A stretch of DNA of 64,000 bases, from IMG/VR virus record IMGVR_UViG_3300035208_003026, positions 144,981 to 208,980 of that record; one strand, written 5' to 3'. This DNA comes from a virus. Lineage: Duplodnaviria > Caudoviricetes. The notes beneath the pieces were generated by a model, which had not been told where the DNA came from, ran no database searches, and worked only from the letters and a program-made list of their open reading frames with translations. Of the stretch, positions 58,139 through 64,000 are shown piece after piece; within the stretch, counting starts at the first letter, position 1; the number at the start of each line of letters is the position of its first letter. Position numbers and translations under genes: made by a program.

Positions 58139-58332
58139 TTGAACAAGCAAGAGGAAATGGATTTTTTACTGTCGCTGTTGACACGGAGAATGGTAAATTC
58201 GTAAACATCTTATGCCAGCTATCTGGAAAGATGAGAACCAATAACATTAAAGTTGTCAGTGGTGACAAGGTTGATGTTGAACTCGATCCTTACGACATGC
58301 AAAAGGGTCGTATTATTTATAGGAAACGATAA
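58102..58332 (+). CDS. infA: Translation initiation factor IF-1
   Basis: GIVEQ..GNGFFTV...LSGKMRTNNIKVVSGDKVDVELDPYD..KGRIIYR. Confidence 0.93.
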   Translation: MPSDDKPKFTGIVEQARGNGFFTVAVDTENGKFVNILCQLSGKMRTNNIKVVSGDKVDVELDPYDMQKGRIIYRKR

Positions 58333-58505
58333 TGAAAATTAAAAGAGAAGTTGAGATTGAAACTGTTCAAGCTTTAAAGCTTGAAGATGGTAAGTTATTT
58401 ATCATTACAAAACACTTAAGTAATGGAGATGTTGTATCGTTTAGTAACACATCTGTTCAATTAGAAAGTGTTCTTAAACTTCTAAAAGATGAAGGGATTA
58501 TTTAA
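58332..58505 (+). CDS. Small hypothetical protein (57 aa)
   Basis: Manual ORF; TAATG overlaps at both ends. Confidence 0.6.
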   Translation: MKIKREVEIETVQALKLEDGKLFIITKHLSNGDVVSFSNTSVQLESVLKLLKDEGII

Positions 58506-59002
58506 TGAAGCAGCCAAGTGATCATGCACCTAAGGGTCTATTAAAATACACTACGGGAGACGCAACACTACCAAACGGTAGCTCCCTGCGTTACATCCTA
58601 CAGATTGTTAACGATGCTGGTAAGTATGGGGCTGGTTTTAGTGGAGCTTTAAGTGCTCGTTGGCCCAAGGTTGAAACCGAATACAGAGCTTGGTGGCGCG
58701 CACGATATGGCAAGCTGAGCCTTGGTGATATTCAGGTTATTCAGGTTCTTAGCGATCTTTGTGTTATCAACATGGTTGCTCAGCACGATGTTGTATCCAA
58801 GGATAATCCAAAGCCTATTGACTATAAAGCTCTTCAGATGTGTTTAGCGAAAGCTGGTGTCGAAGTCTCGCAGTACAATGCTAGCATTCATATTCCGCGT
58901 ATTGGTTGCGGATCTCAAGGTTCCTGGGACGATATTGAACCCCTGATTGATCAGGAACTTCTCAAACGTGGTATCAATGTAACTGTTTATGATCAGGAAT
59001 AA
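58505..59002 (+). CDS. Macrodomain ADP-ribosylhydrolase (TARG1/DarG-like)
   Basis: GDAT, VNDAGKYGAGF, INMVAQ, HIPRIGCG, W..IE..I. Confidence 0.85.
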   Translation: MKQPSDHAPKGLLKYTTGDATLPNGSSLRYILQIVNDAGKYGAGFSGALSARWPKVETEYRAWWRARYGKLSLGDIQVIQVLSDLCVINMVAQHDVVSKDNPKPIDYKALQMCLAKAGVEVSQYNASIHIPRIGCGSQGSWDDIEPLIDQELLKRGINVTVYDQE

Positions 59003-59010
59003 GGCATTAA

Positions 59011-59331
59011 GTGGGTTTTAGAAAGTTTGCGGAGATAGCTGGATTCGACATCTATAGAAATCTTACCAAGAAAGAAGTTAAGCTTTTCCGTAAGTTTCTA
59101 AAGAAGAGGCTTTGTACTCATGGGTCTTGGGCTCAACCTTGGTTTTCTGAGGCTCAGCGTCTAAACCGTAAAGCTAGATACACTACAATCTCACAGATTG
59201 AACGTATTCAGTTTTTACATTCCTTATCAAAGAATTTACAGCCATGGCAATTTCAGCTGAGCGCGCTTCTCGTGCACTTTGTCCTCGACGAACCTAGTCA
59301 CTGTGGTCCTTACCCAAGAGGGTCAATCTAG
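59011..59331 (+). CDS. Hypothetical basic protein
   Basis: 106 aa, GTG start. Confidence 0.5.
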   Translation: MGFRKFAEIAGFDIYRNLTKKEVKLFRKFLKKRLCTHGSWAQPWFSEAQRLNRKARYTTISQIERIQFLHSLSKNLQPWQFQLSALLVHFVLDEPSHCGPYPRGSI

Positions 59332-59334
59332 CCT

Positions 59335-59436
59335 ATGAGAGATTATCAAAGCATTGCAAGGCGTTTGTTTCAGATTGATTCCTTGCCATCTGGGGCTGAA
59401 CCGGTTTACTGCACCGAGATAGATGTAAATGTATGA
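59335..59436 (+). CDS. 33-aa peptide resembling a major-capsid N-proximal segment
   Basis: MRDYQSIARRLFQIDSLPSGAEPVYCTEIDVNV*; GAGG upstream; ATGA overlap with next gene; absent from ORF track. Confidence 0.6.
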   Translation: MRDYQSIARRLFQIDSLPSGAEPVYCTEIDVNV

Positions 59437-61328
59437 AGACAATTCTTGTTACTGGAGCTGCTGGTTTTATCGGCTCTCATCTTTGTGATCGGTTGTTGTT
59501 TGAGGGACACAAAGTCATTGGTATTGATAATATGATGACTGGGTCTCTTGAAAACCTTCAGCAAGCTAAAAAGAATCCGAACTTCCATTTTGAGATTCAT
59601 GATGTTCGTGAACCTCTTAATGTATACTCGGATGTTATCTTCAACCTTGCTTGTCCAGCATCACCAATACACTACCAGAAGAGTCCTATTGATACGTTCA
59701 CAACATCAGTGATGGGTGTACATCAACTGATTAAGGCTACACAAAATCGCAAGTGTACAATCATACATACATCTACATCTGAGGTGTATGGTGATCCTCA
59801 AGTCCATCCTCAAGTTGAAAGCTATTGGGGTAATGTAAACCCAATAGGTCCAAGGTCTTGTTATGATTCTAAAACGGAAATCTTAACAGATGTTGGTTGG
59901 GTGTATCTAAAAGATATAATCACCACAAAGCAATGTAAAATTGCTACAAGAACATCAATTGGTAATGTTGAATTTCATAATCCGTTAGAAATAATTCATG
60001 ACAGATATGTTGGTAGCATGTATCATCTTAGTAATAATAAGATGGATGTTATGATAACTCCAAATCATAATATTTGCATTGCTGATAGGTTTGGTAAAAA
60101 TGAAAAGATTGTTGCTGTTAATTCTGTAACAGATTGGTATCACTCAAAAATTCCAGTATCAGCTAATTTTGAATCTGATGATGTTGAATATTTCAAATTA
60201 CCATCAATTGATGGGTGTAGGGTTACACATTCTGATTTAAAAATGGATGACTGGATTGAATTTCTTGGATGGTATTTATCTGAGGGATCTGTATATTATC
60301 CAGATTACACTGTTTTGATATCTCAAACAAAAAAGGATAATCGCGAGATTATATCTTCTTGTTTGAAACGATTAGGATTTAAGTTCTTTGTTGAAAAAGC
60401 ACAGTTTAGAATATGTAATAAGCAACTTTATAGTTTTCTTTTACCTCTAGGAAAATCTGGAGACAAGTATATTCCAAGACAGTTTTTTACCGTATCAAAA
60501 AGACAATTAAACATACTTCTAAAGGCAATGGTTTTAGGAGATGGTACCAATAATACAAAAAGTACAGGATTTCGTTATTATTCAAAATCAGAACGTCTTG
60601 CAAATGATTTTCAGGAATTAGCTTTACGTTGTGGTTTTGCTAGTACAAAATCAAAACCAAGCCAAGGTCGTAGTGTTTACAGTGTTAATGTAAGGAACTA
60701 TAAATATACATCTGGTATTAGACCAAATGTAATTAATTATGATGGTTATGTTCACTGTGTCAATGTTCCTAACCATGTTGTTTGTGTTAGGAGAAATGGA
60801 AAGTCAATTTGGTGCGGTAATTGCTACGACGAAGGAAAACGTGGCGCAGAGACTCTTCTAAATGATGCTCGCCGAGTTCACGGAATGGACACCCGAATAG
60901 TTAGATTGTTTAACGTATACGGACCGAGGATGTCTTTCGATGATGGTAGGGTTGTATCTAACTTTATCATTCAAAAGCTCAGAAACGAACCCATAACAGT
61001 TTGTGGAACAGGCACTCAGACAAGATCTTTCTGTTACGTATCTGATCTTATCGATGCTTTGATGAAGGTTTTGGAACTACCATCTTTGGATGGTCCTATT
61101 AATCTTGGGAACCCTAAAGAGTACACAATCTTGGAAATGGTTCAAAAACTAGAACAAGTTCTTGGTAAATCTGAGTTGAAGTTTATTGATCTTCCAATAG
61201 ATGATCCTAAAATGCGTCAGCCAGATATCTCCAGAGCACGAGAGCTTCTAAATTGGGAACCTACAGTTTCATTGGAAGATGGTTTATTAATGACTGCCCA
61301 TGATTTCCAAAACCGTCTTAGGAGCTAA
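59433..61328 (+). CDS. UDP-glucuronate decarboxylase (UDP-xylose synthase) with intein
   Basis: GAAGFIGSHL, LACPASP, STSEVYGDP, YWGNVNPIGPRS|CYDEGKR, DGRVVSNF, TRSFCYV, DDPKMRQPDI. Confidence 0.93.
   Translation: MKTILVTGAAGFIGSHLCDRLLFEGHKVIGIDNMMTGSLENLQQAKKNPNFHFEIHDVREPLNVYSDVIFNLACPASPIHYQKSPIDTFTTSVMGVHQLIKATQNRKCTIIHTSTSEVYGDPQVHPQVESYWGNVNPIGPRSCYDSKTEILTDVGWVYLKDIITTKQCKIATRTSIGNVEFHNPLEIIHDRYVGSMYHLSNNKMDVMITPNHNICIADRFGKNEKIVAVNSVTDWYHSKIPVSANFESDDVEYFKLPSIDGCRVTHSDLKMDDWIEFLGWYLSEGSVYYPDYTVLISQTKKDNREIISSCLKRLGFKFFVEKAQFRICNKQLYSFLLPLGKSGDKYIPRQFFTVSKRQLNILLKAMVLGDGTNNTKSTGFRYYSKSERLANDFQELALRCGFASTKSKPSQGRSVYSVNVRNYKYTSGIRPNVINYDGYVHCVNVPNHVVCVRRNGKSIWCGNCYDEGKRGAETLLNDARRVHGMDTRIVRLFNVYGPRMSFDDGRVVSNFIIQKLRNEPITVCGTGTQTRSFCYVSDLIDALMKVLELPSLDGPINLGNPKEYTILEMVQKLEQVLGKSELKFIDLPIDDPKMRQPDISRARELLNWEPTVSLEDGLLMTAHDFQNRLRS
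59859..60821 (+). mobile_element. Intein (321 aa) with LAGLIDADG endonuclease in the UXS gene
   Basis: PRS|CYDSKTEILT..TPNH..LGWYLSEG..MVLGDG..VRRNGKSIWCGN|CYDEG. Confidence 0.93.
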
Positions 61329-61329
61329 T

Positions 61330-61584
61330 ATGCAGTATCATTCTATCTTTAGTTCAAACGACTATGAAATTGAATACAGTCCAAAACTTAGAGATTCTCT
61401 AACAAGTCTTCATAAGACTTTAATGGCAGATATTGACGATGTTATTAGATGCTTTGGAGATAACGTAAATAATTACGTTATATCTATCCATCCTTTCTCT
61501 ATTGAACGTTTGGATAAAAATCCAATTTCTGTTGATTTGTTAAGATCTATTCAGGTAAAACTTCAATCAGATCAGATACTTTGA
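61330..61584 (+). CDS. Hypothetical protein
   Basis: AGGAG RBS before ATG 61330. Confidence 0.55.
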   Translation: MQYHSIFSSNDYEIEYSPKLRDSLTSLHKTLMADIDDVIRCFGDNVNNYVISIHPFSIERLDKNPISVDLLRSIQVKLQSDQIL

Positions 61585-61609
61585 AAGTTTGCTGGTATAT
61601 CTCTAAGAT

Positions 61610-62359
61610 ATGGTAGGAAGAGATGTAATCATTTCTGCGCTTGCTTGTGGTGGGAAGATGTCCTGTCGCAAGCAAGCGGCTGAGTTTGAAAATCCCCCGG
61701 TTGTAATCAATATCAATAGTTCCAATGGTATTACAACTGGTGGTGGAACTGTTGATGGCTTTAGAAAAGCTGCGGCAGAGTATAAGAAGCAAGGGAACGG
61801 TTCTATCATTCAGGGTGTTCTTAATACCCAGAAGATTTCACAGCCTAATCGTATAGCCCTTGTATCATACTTAGATGGTTGGAGTTTCGTGAATGAAGTT
61901 GTCAAATCTGATGACTTTACACGTATAGATACCGTTATTGTTTTCGAAGGATTAAACACCAAAAGTGCAAGACTATTTCAGCAATGGGAAGCTTTTGCTG
62001 ATAAGAAAAAGCTTGTGCTAGTGTATTCTCAGATGTCTCATAAGACAGCGTCATCCAAGAGTGCGTGCTCAAAAATTGTGACTCCATTTACAAATGAGAA
62101 AGAGCTGGAGTTACCAGATTATATAAAAGACCCACTGTGGGAAAAGAGTATTTCTATATATTCAAAAACAGAAATACTTAAAACAAAGATTTATCACACT
62201 GATACTTTGGTAAATTCATGGTATTCTAAGTCAATAATGGCTCTTGAATATTCGGGTAAGCAGTCCCAGGACCAGACCTACATTCAGCAATACGTTCAGC
62301 CAAGAATTTGGAAATGGCTGAGAGAACAGTGGAAGGACCCTACTACTGGTTGTGTATGA
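61610..62359 (+). CDS. Hypothetical alpha/beta protein
   Basis: 249 aa; RIALVSYLDGW weakly resembles a hydrolase elbow. Confidence 0.6.
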   Translation: MVGRDVIISALACGGKMSCRKQAAEFENPPVVININSSNGITTGGGTVDGFRKAAAEYKKQGNGSIIQGVLNTQKISQPNRIALVSYLDGWSFVNEVVKSDDFTRIDTVIVFEGLNTKSARLFQQWEAFADKKKLVLVYSQMSHKTASSKSACSKIVTPFTNEKELELPDYIKDPLWEKSISIYSKTEILKTKIYHTDTLVNSWYSKSIMALEYSGKQSQDQTYIQQYVQPRIWKWLREQWKDPTTGCV

Positions 62360-63092
62360 TAGTATGGGTAATACAAGTATTTTTGCAGCAGAACGTTCAT
62401 TTGATATTGGATGTAGAGTAATCAAATGGGATGAGCCTGGTGGTTTTGACTTCACCCCAAAGGGTAAGTACAATAAAAGGGATATCAACTTCGAGCAGCT
62501 ATCACCTTTAATGAAGCAGTTCTGTGTTCACTATTCAGTGACATATAGAGCTTCTCATATGGTTGGCGGGCTCAATGCTCGTGGACTATCAGTCAATTTC
62601 ATGATTGATGATAATGTGAATGAACAAGGCTATGCAGATGTGTACCAATGCCTTGACATGAAACATGGAGCTTGGAGTCAGGGTGGTGTGTATAACAATA
62701 TGGGGCCTGGTGTTGAAATTTCTTACATGCCACAAGCATGGGAGAAGAATATGTATACCCAAGCCGATATTAAGAAGTGGAATGTTCAGCCACACGATAC
62801 CGCAGTCGCAACAGTCCATGGAACAAAGCTAAAAGTACATTTACCAACTAAAGCACAAATTGCTTCATTGATTCAGTTGATGTGGGGATTCACAGAGCTG
62901 TTCCCACACGTTCCTGCGAAGTTCCCTCGTACTCCGCAGGGCTTTCTAGTTACTACTAAACTAGAAAAGCCAGAAACGTATTCTGGCTTTGTTAATCATT
63001 ACCATCTAACAAGAAGTAAGATGGACACATTAGGTTTGGATATGGAAATGATTGAGAGAGAAGTTGAACTGCGTAAGATGATTGGATACTAA
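62352..63092 (+). CDS. N-acetylmuramoyl-L-alanine amidase (Amidase_2) endolysin-like
   Basis: CVHYS, GLSVNFMID, VYQ..D...AW, GVEI, Q..SL..L, NHYH....KMD. Confidence 0.75.
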   Translation: MYDSMGNTSIFAAERSFDIGCRVIKWDEPGGFDFTPKGKYNKRDINFEQLSPLMKQFCVHYSVTYRASHMVGGLNARGLSVNFMIDDNVNEQGYADVYQCLDMKHGAWSQGGVYNNMGPGVEISYMPQAWEKNMYTQADIKKWNVQPHDTAVATVHGTKLKVHLPTKAQIASLIQLMWGFTELFPHVPAKFPRTPQGFLVTTKLEKPETYSGFVNHYHLTRSKMDTLGLDMEMIEREVELRKMIGY

Positions 63093-63100
63093 CATTAAGC

Positions 63101-63667
63101 TTAGTATTCATTAACAGGCTGAATTTTACTTTCGTCAAGGAGTTGGGCTTCAGCCTTTTTCATGAGCGAATCTTTTTCTTCTTGAGATAGTTCGTACCAA
63201 GATATCCAATCTCCGCCAAAGATTGTTTTAGCACGATTGTTGATGATTGAATTGCGGTGATCTAATTTCCGTTGATGAATACGATCATTCTCACAATCAT
63301 CACAGAGAGTTCTCATCCAGCCATCTTTTCTAAGAATACCAGGCGCTCCACAAGCCTCGCAAGTTTTGCCACACTTATCCTCAGCTATATTTATAAGGGC
63401 ATGTATCTTATCATAAAGATCATCATCAAGAGTAAAATCTACATAAAACCTCAGACCACCAAATTTCTCTTTAATTTGAGCAACCTGAAAGTTGTGATCC
63501 TTATTAGGAAGTGCTGAGAGGATTTTCTCAATTTCCGTACACAGCTCCCTAATAATATCAAACCAACCTAGCCCAGCACTAAATCCACAATACGGCGGAA
63601 CGGGAAAGCACAATGGAAAATCAGCGTAAAGTTTTTGGATTTTCTCTTGGTAATTGTCATGGTCCAT
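63101..63667 (-). CDS. Phage protein with zinc finger
   Basis: GWFDII, QIKEKFGGLRFY, CEACGAPG, GWMRTLCDDC; start uncertain. Confidence 0.8.
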   Translation of the reverse strand: MDHDNYQEKIQKLYADFPLCFPVPPYCGFSAGLGWFDIIRELCTEIEKILSALPNKDHNFQVAQIKEKFGGLRFYVDFTLDDDLYDKIHALINIAEDKCGKTCEACGAPGILRKDGWMRTLCDDCENDRIHQRKLDHRNSIINNRAKTIFGGDWISWYELSQEEKDSLMKKAEAQLLDESKIQPVNEY

Positions 63668-63686
63668 ATCATTGTATCTCATGTTT

Positions 63687-63896
63687 TCATCGATTGTCAA
63701 ACCAATACAAAACACTCTGTATTATTGTAGCTCCAATTAAAAATACGATTGCAAGTGGCCATAACACACCAATTAGAATTGATAAAGCCATATGCAAACA
63801 GAGAATCTTTTCGTTGTTATGGCCACCATAAAAACCGTATTCAATCAAAGAAATACAGACACCACTAATGATTATACCAATAGCAAAAACACAATA
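63687..63896 (-). pseudogene. Two-TM membrane protein gene cut at its 5' end by the IS right end
   Basis: 69 open codons YCVFAIGIIISG...GVLWPLAIVFLIG...DNR*; no start at the 5' end; abuts TCAC. Confidence 0.6.
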
Positions 63897-63897
63897 T

Positions 63898-64000
63898 GTG
63901 AACTACCCCAATCTAAAGAATAGGGGCTTCCTATTGAACTTACGTTCTCAAGGCTTTTTAATTCGGTCTGTTCCATACCGAATTTGATTTCTAATTTAGA
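63898..64000 (-). mobile_element. Right end / omegaRNA-like region of an IS200/IS605 (TnpB) element extending beyond the window
   Basis: Minus strand ATTCGGT-ATGGAACAG-ACCGAAT hairpin ... GGAAGCCCCTATTCTTTAGATTGGGGTAGTTCAC. Confidence 0.75.

Noticed and set aside
61330-61584. DYEIEYSPKLR as another capsid fragment
   Set aside because: Similarity is too short and weak to support.
1091-63831. Numerous short antisense or alternate-frame ORFs in the track (e.g. 1164-1739, 46397-46900, 54051-54422)
   Set aside because: They shadow well-supported genes and have no motifs or RBS.
1-64000. CRISPR array, tRNA or rRNA genes
   Set aside because: No regularly spaced repeats and no convincing cloverleaf in the intergenic gaps by eye; a tRNAscan-SE/Infernal run is still advisable.
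1-64000. Eukaryotic giant virus origin (glycosylation genes, PARP, CCA, tubulin)
   Set aside because: SD motifs, coupled operons, intrinsic terminators, sigma-70, DnaB/DnaC, IF-1, GroES and an amidase indicate a bacteriophage.
1-64000. Alternative genetic code (stop reassignment)
   Set aside because: Conserved genes are full length in code 11, and TAA, TAG and TGA all terminate genes at sensible positions.

Overview
AT-rich, gene-dense, mostly plus-strand segment of a large ('huge'/jumbo) tailed bacteriophage genome. Shine-Dalgarno sites, a sigma-70 factor, DnaB/DnaC, IF-1, GroES, an amidase and a tail-fibre-like protein argue against a eukaryotic giant virus, and no cellular housekeeping operons are present. 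In order: a glycosylation island (glycosyltransferases, gmd with intein, fcl with a long fusion, rfbB-like); a tubulin/FtsZ-family gene; a replication/transcription block (SF2 helicase with intein, DnaC-like loader, DnaB, FmdB zinc ribbon, sigma factor, class II RNR with intein, Map); a mosaic tail-fibre-like SGNH protein; and a long accessory region. That region holds two DEDDh exonucleases, a 2H phosphoesterase, a WGR-PARP with intact H-Y-E triad, a CinA-NadD fusion, GroES, IMPDH/GMPR, ThyX, a eukaryote-type CCA-adding enzyme, Ro60/TROVE, a PMM-like HAD, GT8, a cREC receiver, a degenerate NadE, IF-1, a macrodomain, UDP-GlcA decarboxylase with intein and an amidase. Four inteins and two copies of an IS200/IS605 right end (TnpB omegaRNA-like) are present. 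No tRNA, rRNA or CRISPR array was seen. The most striking observation is that several small accessory genes carry isolated fragments resembling huge-phage portal and major capsid proteins (26318-26452, 48782-48922, an unannotated 33-aa ORF at 59335-59436, possibly 13252-13806). These may form a dispersed set of structural-protein decoys. Other candidates are an NAD+/ADP-ribosylation module, an RNA-repair suite with a Y RNA-like hairpin, and a Thr-initiated intein. All family assignments come from motif recognition and memory, not database searches.
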